A DNA stretch of 64,000 bases, taken from Chrysomallon squamiferum. Lineage: Eukaryota > Animalia > Mollusca. How positions within the stretch are numbered: position 1 is the first letter of the stretch; the number at the start of each line of letters is the position of its first letter. The stretch is from assembly GCA_012295275.1 (NCBI GenBank), contig CM022666.1:4898001-4962000 (forward strand), given 5' to 3'. Shown piece by piece: positions 28,101 to 42,395 of the stretch. The notes under the pieces were generated by a model, which saw only the letters and a list, made by a program, of their open reading frames with translations, was not told where the DNA came from and ran no database searches. A program made the translations under genes and the position numbers.

Positions 28101-28220
28101 CTTTTGTCTTATTTCCAGTTTCATACGGATACAAAATAAAATCATCTAAAAAAGAAGTATGACAATATATTTTTATAAATTATTTAAAAATAAATAAATA
28201 AACTCACAGATAGCACTTAC

Positions 28221-28772
28221 CATGTCGTGATGGAGACCCAGTCTGTAATAATAATAGTAAACAAGGAGACACACAGCTTCAGTGAAAACAGCATTTGGGA
28301 TAAACAGTGTTTTGACTACCTGCATGAAAACTAAAATTGAAACAAAATATTAACTGCGAAAAAAGTTCATCAACAACAATGGTACAATAACAATACTTAT
28401 AAATAACAACAACAATAACAATAATAGTAATAATAGTGATATTACATTAACAACAATAGCAACAACAAGCATTTCTTGAGATAAAGGTCACTGAGTATGA
28501 AAGAGTTGTCTTCCTTAGCATTCTCTGATATATATATATATATATATATACGGAGACAGGTAAACGTAATACTCACCTGAATACAGAATTTCTTAACACC
28601 TAGTCGAATATTTTCAAACACAGATTTAGGTTTTTCAGTTTTCTCTCTCAATACATCATCGTCACCTTCATCATCAGCTGACAAGATAATTCGTAGTTTC
28701 TATTATAGAAATACTGGGTGACTAATAGTGTATGTAAATAAACAATTACAACAACAACAATAACAAGAACTA

Positions 28773-28817
<45 letters not shown>

Positions 28818-29336
28818 AACAGCTACAGCTACAGCTACAACTACTACTACTACTAAAAATAATAATAATAGTTAATAATAATTAATAATAATTATAATAA
28901 TAATTATAATAAATAATAATAATAATAACAATAATAATAATAATAGCATTATTAGTAGTGATAGTAGCAGTAGTTCGTTTTGTTGCAATAACAGTGGTAG
29001 TATCTGTAATAATAATAATTATAAAATTAATAGTAGTAGTAAAAGTTATAGTAATCATGCTAATGGCCCTAGTCATAATAACAGCAACAGTAGTAGTAAT
29101 AATAATTGTAACAGTAGAAATAGTAGTAATAGTATTAGTACTAGTTTTAGTAATAACATTATTTGCTGTAATAATGAGGATCATCAAATTACGTATTAAA
29201 ATAACTGATATAAAAAATAATTTAACAATATAACAAATAAAACCTAACTAATTTTATTTAAATGTTAACCTGGTATTATTAGTAGTACTTTGCAAATATT
29301 GTTGTTGTTGTTGTTATGATCATCATCATTATTATT

Positions 29337-29416
<80 letters not shown>

Positions 29417-29786
29417 AAAAAAATTAATTTACATATCTTTGACCTACTAATTAATCACAATAAATGTGTTAAACTTCAATAAAAAATTAAATACCTTTCA
29501 TTAATTACTAATAATAATATGCACTGAAGTGTCCATAAACAAATAATTAATTACCTGTTTCCTTATAATCCACATACTCAGGTACCCGTACAGGAGAAGC
29601 TTAGCGAACGAGATTGTCTTGTTCATCCGATGAGCAAACAACAAAATATCAACCACAACCATCAAACCGAATATCACACAGAACGCTGTCACTGAATTTC
29701 CCTTCACTCCGCTTTGACGTTTTCGCTGTTTCGCAGCATGGATTATCTCCCCTTGATTTGACTTGAAGAGAGGTGAGAACAAGTGA
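28221..29786 (-). pseudogene. Three internal exons of a multi-pass membrane protein gene, probably frameshifted or fragmentary
   Basis: Exons 29786-29555 (...NSVTAFCVIFGLMVVVDILLFAHRMNKTISFAKLLLYGY...), 28677-28577 (ADDEGDDDVLREKTEKPKSVFENIRLGVKKFCIQ) and 28319-28221 (VVKTLFIPNAVFTEAVCLLVYYYYYRLGLHHDM). All are GC-richer islands with good AG/GT sites. Joining the first two through the best acceptor needs +1 nt near 29580. Confidence 0.6.
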
Positions 29787-31270
29787 CTGTGAAAGACAAT
29801 ATTTAGTTTTCAAAAGTTTTGTTACGACACAACTAAATTCCTGGTATAACAAATAGATTAGAGAAACAAATCTCTGTACACATACGAACATAATATTTCT
29901 GAGAATTAGATGTATTTGTGAATATAAAACAATTGATATCAAATGAATTTTTTGTATGTGTCTGTGTGCAAAAATTGATGAAGGTGTGCCAATAGTGATC
30001 CCAACCCCCACCGATTCATTTCATGATATGACGTGAAGAAAATATCAGGCTTTAAATGTTGTTTTTGTCTTGTTTTTCTTCAAAAATTATTCTTAGCCTG
30101 ACGAAACAGACCTGTTAAAGGATAAAAATGAAGTAAACAAAAAAAAAGAATACAGAAACGAAAAGAAAAGAAATACTTTCGTGGAATAAGTTCTTATATA
30201 TATATATATATATGGAATATATACATATAATTTAAAAAATAAATACATCAAAATAAATATATCAACATTGTTTATACAACACAAAAGTAACAAAAATGAA
30301 TTAAATCGAAGTAAACCTTTATTAGAAAAATACAAATACAAATATTTGATTATTATTATTATATCTGTTTCAATAATAAATTGTTACTTCAGAGATAAAA
30401 GTTCTTTATTAAAACCTGATGCAAAACGATGAAAAAGACGAGACAATAAATTATTTTATAAATAAAATAAATTGACCAAACAAAATCTATTGTGTTCCGG
30501 TTCATAACTGATTTAAATTTATTGCAAAGGCATCGAAAAACCTGTTGACCCTTGGAAAGACGTGGTAAATAAAAACAGGGAATACATTATTGATTAAATT
30601 ACATCTTGTTATCAGTTAAGCTCAAATTTTCTTCTATATAATTTAATTTAACCACAATGACTTATTCCTCAATATTTATTGTTAGAAAAATAAATAATCT
30701 GAATAATCACACACACACACACACACACACCTTCACACACACACGCACACATTTTAAAAATATAGTGTTATTATTGCATCCGTTGTATTGCAAACTGCGT
30801 TCTTATCCAAGTTACTGCGTTGTTAGGAACCCGACTAGCATTTCATTTTTTTTTAAAGTAAAGATATTTATTTATAGCAATAATAATGCATTCATAAGAA
30901 TAACAACAGTCTGTAATTAATATTGAAACTGAATTTATAATAGTAATAACAGTCTATTGTAATACTGTAATATTGCTTTGATAATAATAATAGCAGTCTA
31001 TTAGTAATACTGGAATATTGCATTAGCATTAATACGTTTTTATTCAAAATACTGGCAAGAATTAAATTGGAGTATCAAAAATGTTTTAAATAATAAAAGT
31101 ATGTGTGTGTGTGTGTGTGTACAACATGATAATAAGTAAAGTATTAAAGTAATAGTAATAACAAAACTAATTTACAAAAATTCAAAACAGTAGTATCACA
31201 GCCATTTTTTTTTCTTTTATAATTCCACTGAAGACTATAAAGACTGATCCAATCACAAACAACCGACCAC

Positions 31271-31322
<52 letters not shown>

Positions 31323-31494
31323 CCTCCACTGAAGACAATAAAGGAAGATGAAAGAATGCCTTATATAAACGTTTCATGGTAAAGTTATAATAAAATAGTA
31401 GTTTGATGTATTCATGTCACCGAGTACTGTCTTTCTATCACAGCACAAACAAATTATATATCAGCAGTTATAACTGATGCCTCTCGAAACAGTT

Positions 31495-32503
31495 TTACAG
31501 CATATACAGGCCAAAGTAGGTGGTCTCAGGATCTCTCAAAATTCTGTTCACAAGTGATGTTCTCACCACTAGAGTGTCGTTGGCTTTCAGGTAGTAAACA
31601 GCTCCAATGTAGGAAGGAACAAAACCTTCCTGGTGTCTTCGTACTTTGCATGTTGTTTGAGGATTTCTGTAGAGGACGACATAATTTGGATATTTTTCAA
31701 CTGAGTGATATGGCCTATAGTATTCAAGCTCTGTGACTTGGTTGGCATGGAATAAAACGTTGCTGTATATGAAGTAGTAAGCAGCTTCTTTGACTTGAAT
31801 CCCGTCAGCGACAACAGCAGCAGCTCCTTTTACAAACGATCTTTTACCAGACGACGTCCATTTGATAATAGGCTTCGGTGTTTCTGAAAAGTTTGTAAGA
31901 ATAAACGATTTTTAAATAATATTTTTATTTTGAATTGTCTATAACTACTACAAACTCCTGCTTTTAATTACTTGACTATCATCACTGATATTATCATTAC
32001 TAAGATGTTAATACTATTGTTATAAGAATTACTACTAATATTTCCTAACCACTACTGATAACTAAGTGATAACTACTACGACTACTTTTGCCAGACCATC
32101 TTTTTAAGATACTACTACTATTACTTCTATTTTACTACTACTACATTTATTATCAAATCATATCGTTTAACTGAGTACTACTACTCTACTACGACTGCTA
32201 CTACTACTTCTACTATTACTACCACTACTACTACTACTCTACTAATACTACTACTACTAGTACTAGTACTCTACTACTACTACTACTACTATTACTAGTA
32301 CTAATATTTTTTCTCCAACTTTTGTCATATGTTACGTTCACTTCCATTTGTAGATGAGCTGATGTCTTCACATTGTTTTTATTATTCAGTTTGTAAGCGA
32401 CCTCTCTGATCTGCTTAAGTTTTTGTTCTGAAATATATAATTATATATACAGACACTCAGAAGATCAGCGACATCTCTGACCTGTTTAAGTTTCTGTTCT
32501 GAA

Positions 32504-32536
<33 letters not shown>

Positions 32537-33467
32537 CATTGATACATGTAAAAATACATAGACTTGTACACATTTTTATATTACCTAAATTCAGAAGATC
32601 AGCGACATCTCTAATATGCTTAAATTGCTTTTCTGAAACACACACATACACAGACAAACGTATGCATGCGTACATAAAACTGTACACACATACATACATA
32701 CAAATACATCATTATAAAAGCTTTTGTAGATATTTAAGTATGTGTGTTTGTGTTAACTTACCACTTTTCTCAGCTTTTGTTTGACTTTCACTCAGTTTCT
32801 AAAAAGAATATTAATAACCATTTTGAAGCTCTTCCACAATAATCACTTTCAAATTGATAAATATTTTTCAGGACGAACAATTTCTCCTTTTCTTAATTCC
32901 AATATTATTAAATGTAGTTGAATCTTTTTTTTTATTTCATTTATAATGAATGAATTTAACTTTTTAATATCCTTATATAGAATTTATCTCTATCTTAATT
33001 TCATATCTACATAAAACTTTTTCTTTTTGTCTTTCTTTTAATTTTATTTTTAATTTTATTTATAATGAACTTAAATTTAATATATTTTTATACAGAACTT
33101 GCCTATTTCTTAATTTCATACCCACATTTTATTTTATTTTATTTTTTTAACTTTTTTTTTTTTTTTATAAAATGTATTTCTGGAATTTTTCTCAGAACTT
33201 ATTTACCTTTTTCATAATTTCACTGATCACTGTTTCTCCATCACTGTAACAGCAATAAGTGGTATTGTTCCTGGTTCTGTTCGTAGATTTGTCATCACAA
33301 CAATTTTCTCCTGGTTTGCACAAGATTTTCACACACAGTTCCTTCTCAAACAACAAGTTGGTTTCTCTGTTCAGAAATTCGTTTAATGTTACAGATACAA
33401 TGAAACTGATGAGTATCAAGTTTAGTACCATAAGAGAAATGGCTGTGGCTGGAAGAACTGATTTCAT
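31495..33467 (-). CDS. TNF superfamily ligand, copy 2 (4 core coding exons, 264 aa; optional 48-nt cassette exon)
   Basis: Exons 33467-33207, 32798-32762, 32427-32320, 31883-31495, the same lengths as copy 1. The last exon is fully open (TPKPIIKW...YYFIYSNVLFHANQVTELEYYRPYHSVEKYPNYVVL...TTYFGLYML*); the ORF track misses it only because it lacks an early start codon. The exon-3 donor is weakened (GTTGGA). Confidence 0.88.
32585..32632 (-). CDS. Candidate 48-nt symmetric (phase 1-1) cassette exon of TNF copy 2, encoding EKQFKHIRDVADLLNL
   Basis: tttcag acceptor and G|GTAATA donor; partial duplicate of the 5' part of stalk exon 3; frame-preserving. Confidence 0.5.
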
Positions 33468-33822
33468 TTTGTGTAACAACTTTTAATTCCTTTAGAAGTA
33501 ATCTGTAGAACATGACCAAAAGAAAACAAAATGTTATTAGTAATGAATAATACCAAGATAAATACACACATACACTATACACACTTATATATAACATTAT
33601 TCCAGCAAAAAAAAAAAAAAAAAAAAAAATTAACTTGTATAAATAAAAAACATTTTAAGAATGGTTAAATAAATAAATAAAATAATAACTATTACCAAGA
33701 CAAATTCACACACAGTACACACACGTACATATAGCTCTATATAACATTCTTTGTAAAAAAAATAAATAATACTATTTACGTCGATAATGGTCCAGTGTGA
33801 GGTCAAAAAAAAATAATAATAA

Positions 33823-33853
<31 letters not shown>

Positions 33854-33934
33854 AAAAAATAAATAAATAAAATGCCAGACTTGATTTATCAATTTTCACG
33901 GATGCCTGGTAAACCACTGTATATAAATACTCAC

Positions 33935-34035
33935 CACTGAAATCCAATATGACAACACAGCGATGTGTAATGGAGCAGATAATCCTCCTGATGTAAACCT
34001 TGGACACGTGATACCACAGAGTTTGTCTCCAATTG
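33935..34035 (-). other. Putative non-coding 5'UTR exon of TNF copy 2
   Basis: Polypyrimidine acceptor ctctcctttacactcttcag, donor GTG|GTGAGT, no ATG inside. The donor region is conserved upstream of the pseudogene copies (~10865, ~44392). A further possible donor AAG|GTATTT lies at 34599. Confidence 0.5.
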
Positions 34036-36059
34036 CTGAAGAGTGTAAAGAGGAGAGTTTTTCATACTAAATTATTTATATCACTGGAAAGACGTGGAAA
34101 TTTAAAAAAATAATAATAATAAAGTTTTTTTTTTTTTTTTTTTTTTTTTTTTCTCTCAAGAAAAATAGGGAAAGTGTGACGGTAGATTGGCAATCAAAGA
34201 CATAACTTTCTAACAATGAAAACAATGTAAAAAAATTAAAGTGACAGAAAAACAGCTTGAGGTAACATAATGTGTCAAAGCGCAATAAACATTCAGTGCC
34301 CTGAAGTGGAATAAATATGCAAACAGGTGGTAATATTTTGATCACGTGACTAATGAAGGCGATGGTGGCTTGTTTGCAGTCTGTACAGCCAAATCATCTT
34401 ATTTTTTCAAAAACTTAGAAAACAGTTCGCGCTCGATAGATTTTCATGATTTAATTAAATAACTAAAATGTGTTTTTATTGTGAAAAATTCAAAAACAAA
34501 CAACAGCACTCGGTGAACTCGGGTAGGGCTTAATAGCGGAAATTTAGATGTTCTCGTAAACCAGCGGAGATCAGATTTGAGAAGCAGGAAGGAAAATACC
34601 TTGACTAAAGTACTGTCAAAGTTTGAATAACACATTTAATCACCTCCGTAGGTAGATCGTCTGGTTCTTGAAACACTTCTGTAAACATTTTTGCTCCGAT
34701 CAAAAAAAACAAAAACAGCTGAGGTAATGTTCTCTTTATCCGTTCCTAAAACCTTAATTAATAATTAAAAGTTGCATAATGTTCATAAATAAACTACGTG
34801 CATTTATTGCTGGTTTTTACTGTTGTAGTTGTTGTTATTATTAATATTAACATTGCTGTTGTCGTTCAGAGCTCAGGTGGTAAAAAGCACAAAAAATAGC
34901 AACAACAAAACAACCAAAAAACAAACAACAACAATAATAAACAAAAACAAAACAGTACAAATAAGTCACGTTCTATTCTACGCACGTGAACGCACAGAGA
35001 AGAGAGGGGCCAGTCAGCTGTGGTGTTTTTGGACGAGGGTCAAGTTAATGTAATAATTGGACTCCAAGTGTTCAGTTGGCTGACCAAGTGTTGCCGATCC
35101 CTGAACAGTAGTAGCGTGAATGAAGCAGACAAACAAATGAGATCACACGTTAGATGAACATCTGACAGACAGCGAGGTCACTGTAGGTCGAGTGAACATG
35201 TCGACAGTGCATTTCGAACACACTACGTAGCCTACAAGTCAGTTGTTTATAGTGAATGAAACAGTTAGTGAAACAAGATATCAATCACATGTTACGTGTA
35301 CATTGTTCAGCGGCGTCATTGTAGACCGGGACTCAGAGTAAATACATAGACCGTGCATTTTGTATGAGCTAAGTCACTTAGATATTTATAAACAGTATGT
35401 GATATGAACATGGTTATATAACAGCAATATTTAACATACTGCTTAAAAAAGTATACAAATTATCCTTCATAATTCAAAAATTAAATCATGTTACTGATTG
35501 GTGAATAAACATCCACTGTACAGATTTACTGAACACAGGCACTCAATAGTACATACATTACATATTCACTGTACAAAGAAAAGCCAGTATGCATGGAGTA
35601 TTCATTATCATTTAACATTAATTGTATTTACAGCATCCACAGATGTACATGTTTAGAATATTAATTGTACACAAATATCTTTTCACACAGAACATCTGCA
35701 GCAGCACATCCATTTTGTACAGAACATCTGCCATACAAATACATGCACTGTACACTGAACATCTACTGTACTTGAGCATCCAATGTACAGTGTATACAGA
35801 ATATCTGTACAAGATCATCTTTTTACACAGGACACAGACTGAAGAACAACCACTGTATACAGAGCATCCACTGCAGAACAACGTCTACTGTACTTAGAAC
35901 ATCAACTGTACTAGAGCATCCACTGTACAAAGAATATCCAGTGTACAAGAACATCCATTGTACAAGAACATCCATTGTATAAGAACATCCATTGTATAAC
36001 GTGAGTAAAACCTAAAATAATAGTAAATAAAACATAAAGCGGAGTTCATCTTTTGTGAA

Positions 36060-36300
36060 TGATGATTTTCATTGATTATTTTGTTAATAATATTCTGGAT
36101 GATGAGGTTGACAGTAAAATTTTGAATGATGATGTTAACAATACAATTCTGAATGATGATGTTAACAATACAATTCTGAATGATGATGCTGACAATGCAA
36201 TTCTGAATGATGATGTTAACAATAGAATTCTGAATGATGATGCTGACAATTAAAGTTTGAATGATGATGCTGACAATGCAATTCTGAATGATGATGTAGA
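36060..36300. repeat. 27-bp minisatellite (atgatgatgttaacaatacaattctga)
   Basis: Gives 9-aa periodic pseudo-ORFs; related arrays at ~15960-16100, ~23390-23530 and ~41950-42050. Confidence 0.85.
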
Positions 36301-36747
36301 ATAATGGCAATGACAGTCTTTGTGTTTACTTATGATCCACGTTTATTTTCATTCTATTATTATTATTATTATTATTTTACTGAAATGAAAAGTGTTGTTA
36401 TGACACAAATAAATTCCTGATTTATCATATAGATTATGAAAACAAATCTCTATACATGTATGAACATAATATATCACAGAATCTGATGTCACTATGAATA
36501 TAAAACAATTAATATCAAATGAGATTTTTCAGGTGTGTGTGTTCGCCGATCTATTTGATTTGTCCTGAGGGAAATATTAGAATGTGTTTTTTTAGGTTTT
36601 AAATTAATTTCTTTTCATGCATCTTTCATTGTCTGATCCTCGCTGGTATCGAAAATTATTCTTAGCCTGACAAAACCAGATCTGTTAAAAGATGAAAAGA
36701 GAGAAAGTAAAAAAAAAATAAAAATTAATTTCATGTAGTAAGTTTAG

Positions 36748-36782
<35 letters not shown>

Positions 36783-37318
36783 GAAATTTAAAATATATAT
36801 ATATATAATTAATTCATTAATAATTAATAAGGATAAGTAATTAAATAATAACTATAAATTACATAAAACAATACAGAAAAAATATTGATTGATTAATTTA
36901 GTAAATCAATAGTTTAACTAATAATAATAACAATAAACCTACTATAATGATCACAAATAAACAAATAAAATAATATTCTTTACAACTGAAATTATGAGAA
37001 AATTAATATTCAAGAGAACATCATAGACAGAAATAATTTACCTTGTTATCTAAATCCATAAAACCGAATCAAACAGTTCCTTGAGCACAACATATTACTT
37101 CAGTTAGTGTCTTTAAGGTTGCTAAACACCCTCAGATATGTACAAATAATATTAGATAAAACGTTTTGCCATGACTGGATAAATTCTTTCATTTTCTGTT
37201 TTTCTGTATCTCTCTGTCTCTGTCTTTAACTCTCTCTGTCTCTCTTTCTTTCTCTCTCTCTCTATGTCTCTCTGTCGCTGTATCTCTCTGTCTCTCTTTC
37301 TTTCTCTCTCTGTCGCTG

Positions 37319-37433
<115 letters not shown>

Positions 37434-37527
37434 AATTAGCTCAGTAATTAAAGTATATATTTTATATTTTAAGGGACTTCATCGCTGGATCCAAAGTCTA
37501 ACGGTAAAATCAGCCTCACTGCTTTCA

Positions 37528-37627
<100 letters not shown>

Positions 37628-37863
37628 TAGCTCAGTAATTAAAGTATATATTTTGTATCTTTAAGGGACTTCATCGCTGGATCCAAAGTCTAACGGTAAA
37701 ATCAGCCTCACTGCTTTCATCTTCATCATCTGTACCAACACGTTTGCTGCTGGATTAGGAGCGATAATCTGTGTTTTAGTTAATCCAGGTAGTTATTATA
37801 ACATTAACGAATAATAATAATAATAATAATAATAGTTGAAATAATAATAATAATAATAATAAT

Positions 37864-37915
<52 letters not shown>

Positions 37916-37992
37916 GCAGTATTAATAATTATATTAATAATAATAATAATAATAATAATAATGATAATAATAATAATAATATTAATAATTAT

Positions 37993-38035
<43 letters not shown>

Positions 38036-38171
38036 GCAGTATTAGTAGAAATAATAGTGATGATGATGATATGTTGATTGTGATAATTGTGTAAAATGGT
38101 AAAATTAACTATAATAATGTGTTCACAACAACAGTAATAAGATCTAAAACAACAGTAGTAAAAGAAATAAA

Positions 38172-38277
<106 letters not shown>

Positions 38278-40222
38278 CAACAAATACTACACAAACAACA
38301 AAATATTTTTTCAAACAGTTACAATAAGACTATAGGAAAATAATGACAGATCTTTCAGATATATATATTGCCTTTTTCTTCCTTTTCGTTAATGAAATGA
38401 TTTTTATATTATGTGTTAGAGACAGCTGCACTTTAGGAGATAATAATATTGTATTGAAAACAAACAGTTGCATTTAATGTATTTATGAAACAGATGAGTA
38501 TCAAGTTTAGTATTTCATTTTCCTATAGATACAGTCTGTGTCAAACAAGATTAAAATGTTATTAATATTAAGATAAAGACACACACATAAATAACATTAT
38601 TTGAAAAAATAAAAGTAAAATAATAAATAAAACCACACACACACACACACACAGACACACAGCTGCACTTTAGAAGATAATAATATTGCACAATGTTCAC
38701 AAATAAACTACATGCATTTATTGCTGGTTGTTACTGTTGTAGTTCTTGTTATTATTAATATTAACTTTGTTGTTGTCGTTCAGAGTTCAGGTGGAAAAAA
38801 ACTAAAAAAACAATAAAAAAGAGAAAAAACAATAACAAAAAATAAACAAAAAACAAACAATACAAATAAATCACATACTATTATCGCGCGCACACACACA
38901 CACCGTGATCTATTTAAGAATATTGCCCTGAGTTGTTTTTATGATAGAAACTACGCCAAGAAGCTGTGATCTACAAGCAGGAACAGAAACAAAGAAAGAA
39001 AAAAAACGTATTATCTGTATTATCTGATTTGAAATGCCCCGTGCAGTATAAAAGGGGTCAGGAAGCTTTTGGAGAGAGGTGATCAGACAGCTGTGCGGTG
39101 TTTTGGAGGAGTGTCAAGTTAATGTAATAGTTGGTGTCCAAGTGTACACACAGTGATCTATTTACGAATTTTCCCATGAGTTGTTTTTATGATAGAAACT
39201 AGACTACGCCAAGTACATGTGATGTAAATGATATGCAGTGTTTTGGAGGAGAGCCAAGTTAATGTAATAACTGGTGTCTGACCAAGCGTTGCCGACACCT
39301 GAACAGTAGCAGCGTGAATGAAGCAGTCAGAGAAATGAGATCACACGTTAGATAAACTTTTCACAGACTTTTCCAAACAGCTATTTATAAACACTGCACG
39401 GGTACTTTTGAGTATGTGATATGAACACTCTTATATAACAGCAATATTTAACCTACTGTCTATAAAGTATACAAATTATCCTTCATAAAATAAAAATTAA
39501 ATCATGTCACTGACTGGTGTATAAGTGAAAAGTGAGTTGAAAAATATGTTCATTAATTTTACTTGATATTTAAAAAAGAAAATAAGAAAATAAAAGAAAA
39601 TGATAAATGCAGATCAAGACATTTGTGCTACATTTAAAGTAGCTATCCAAGTAATAAAAATTATGAACAAGTGACCAGAGGTAAACAATACTAATTATAA
39701 TGATGTTGATGATGATGATGATAAATTTAATAGTAGTAGTAGTAGCAGCAGCAATAATATAAATAGCAGGAGTAGTAGTAAGAATAATACTAGTAATCAT
39801 GATTATATATTAATAATATAGCAGTAGTAATAATGATGAAGATGATAGTGGTAATAAAGTTAATGATAATTATGATAGTCGTAATAAAATTAATAATGAT
39901 GATGATGATGATGATAGACATAATAAAATTAATAATCATAATATTAATAAAAAGAAAATTCTTATTGTGATAAAACAAAAAAAAATGCTTTAAATAGATT
40001 GTTTATTATGAAAATTTTAAATGTAATGTATATATAAACATTTATTACACTGATCATTTCAATACATGAGTACATACTGTATAAAGAAAATCCTTTTTAA
40101 CTGGATCATCCACATAACTTGTATTATTCATTGTAAAGTAATCAGTAAATATTTAACTTTCATCAGTCAATTTATTTAGAAAACCAGTAATATTTAAATA
40201 TTTATTCACTGAATACAGCACA

Positions 40223-40326
<104 letters not shown>

Positions 40327-42106
40327 TCTTCAAAACTGAGCATCAAAAAGGGATGCTAGGAAGCAATGCTGTTTTGGCCTGGAGATTTAAAGAAAAAGAA
40401 AGTTAATGTAATAATTGGTGTCGAAGTGTTCAGTTGACAGGCTGGACTAAATTCCTCGCGTACCCCTGAACTACAGCGTGACTTCTGTTCACGTGTTCGG
40501 TAAGTTATAATAACCTATATATAACAGTACTGTCACCGATGTATAATAATAGTATCAATTGTCGGGATTTCCAGTAACCAATGACTACGTCAAGGTCTGT
40601 GTACACAATGAGGGATCTATTATCTGGTGTAAATTTAGCTTTCATGAATCTATGCGCAGCCGTATTAACAAGAGTTAAGCACGCGAAATATGATACCTGA
40701 TATTGTGGTATAGAACAGGCACTGACATGCGCAATTTAGTCAATGACGTGATAAAGTGGAAGTGTACAGACAAAAAATGTTAATATGTAAAGTTATTCAA
40801 CTGACTGGGTAAAATAAAAAATAAGTTATGTAAACATCAATTGTGGTACATCTACAAAGTCATTTTATGCACACGTACACACTATTATGTAAATTTAGTT
40901 AATATTCGCAGTTTATTAACTTACTGCACAACTTTATTCAGAGCAAAGACCAGTTGGAAAAAATCCCAATGATGATGATGAAGATGATGATGATAAATTT
41001 AAGCAACAGCAGCACTAATTTCAATAGCAGTACTAGTAGAAAGAATAATACTAATAATGTTGATTAGTAGCAGTAGTAGTAACTATGATGACGATAGTGA
41101 TAATAAAATTAATAATAATATTAATATTTATATTATTGAAATGCTTCTAAAAAGAAGATTCTTATTGTGATAAAACAAAAAAAAGTGCTTTAAATAGATT
41201 GTTTATTATGCAAATTTTACATGAAATTTTAAATTTTACTGTATAAAGAACACTTAACTTGTATTACTCATTAGAAAGCAGTCGGTGAACATTTAACTTT
41301 CATCAGTCAGTTTATATAGAAAATCAATATGTAAATATTTATTCACTGAATACAGCACTCATTTATTTTACATAGAACATCTCTAGAACACATTCAGTGT
41401 TTGTAGAACATCCACTGTACAGATTTACTGAACACAGACCATGAATAGTACATACATTACATATTCACTGTACAAAGAAAAAGCCATTACGCACGGAGTA
41501 TTCATTATCATTTAACATTAATTATATTTACAACATCCACAGATGTACATGTTTAGAATATCAACTGTACAAAAACATCTTTTCACACAGAACAGCTACA
41601 GCAAAACATGCATTTTGTACAGAACATTCACTGTACACTGAACATCTACTGTACTTGAGCATCCAATGTGCACTGTACACAGAACATCTGTACAAGATCA
41701 TCTTTTTACACAGGAAATCGACTGAAGAACATTCACTGTATACAGAATATCCACTGCAGAACAACGCCTACTGTACTTAGAACATTAGAGCATCTACTGC
41801 ACAAAGAACATCCAGTATACAAGAATATCCACTGTACATAGAACATATGTTGTACAAGAACATCCATCGTATAACGTGAGTAAAACCTAAAATAATAGTA
41901 AATAAAACATGAAGATGAATGATGATTTTCATTGATTATTTTGTTAATAATATTCTGGATGATGAGGCTGACAGTAAAACTTTGAATGATGATGTTAACA
42001 ATACAATTTTGAATGATGATGCTGACAATGAAATTTTGAATGATGATGTAGATTAATGGCCATGACAGTCTTTGTGTTTACTTATGATCCACGTTTATTT
42101 TCATTC

Positions 42107-42164
<58 letters not shown>

Positions 42165-42395
42165 TTACTGAAATGAAAGGTCTTCTTCTGACACAACTAA
42201 ATTCGTCATTTATCTTATAGATTATGAAAACAAATCTCTGTACACATACGAGCACAATATTTCACAGAATCTGATGTCACTGTGAATATAAAACAATTAA
42301 TATCAAATGAGATTTTTCAGTTGTGTGTATTTCCTGATACGTCCTGAAGGAAATATTAGAATGTAATGTTTTTTAGGTTTTAAGTAAATTTCTTT

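Noticed and set aside
28221-28294. Alternative frame MLFSLKLCVSLFTIIITDWVSITT as a signal-peptide first exon
   Set aside because: The full 99-nt phase 0-0 frame joins cleanly to the upstream exon and is the simpler reading; not fully excluded.
35894-36310. 138-aa IIIQNCIVS repeat ORF and the antisense Asp/Asn-rich NDDVNNTIL frame, reminiscent of acidic shell-matrix proteins
   Set aside because: Product of a 27-bp minisatellite; paralogous arrays differ in unit number and frame, and there is no signal peptide or supporting splice structure.
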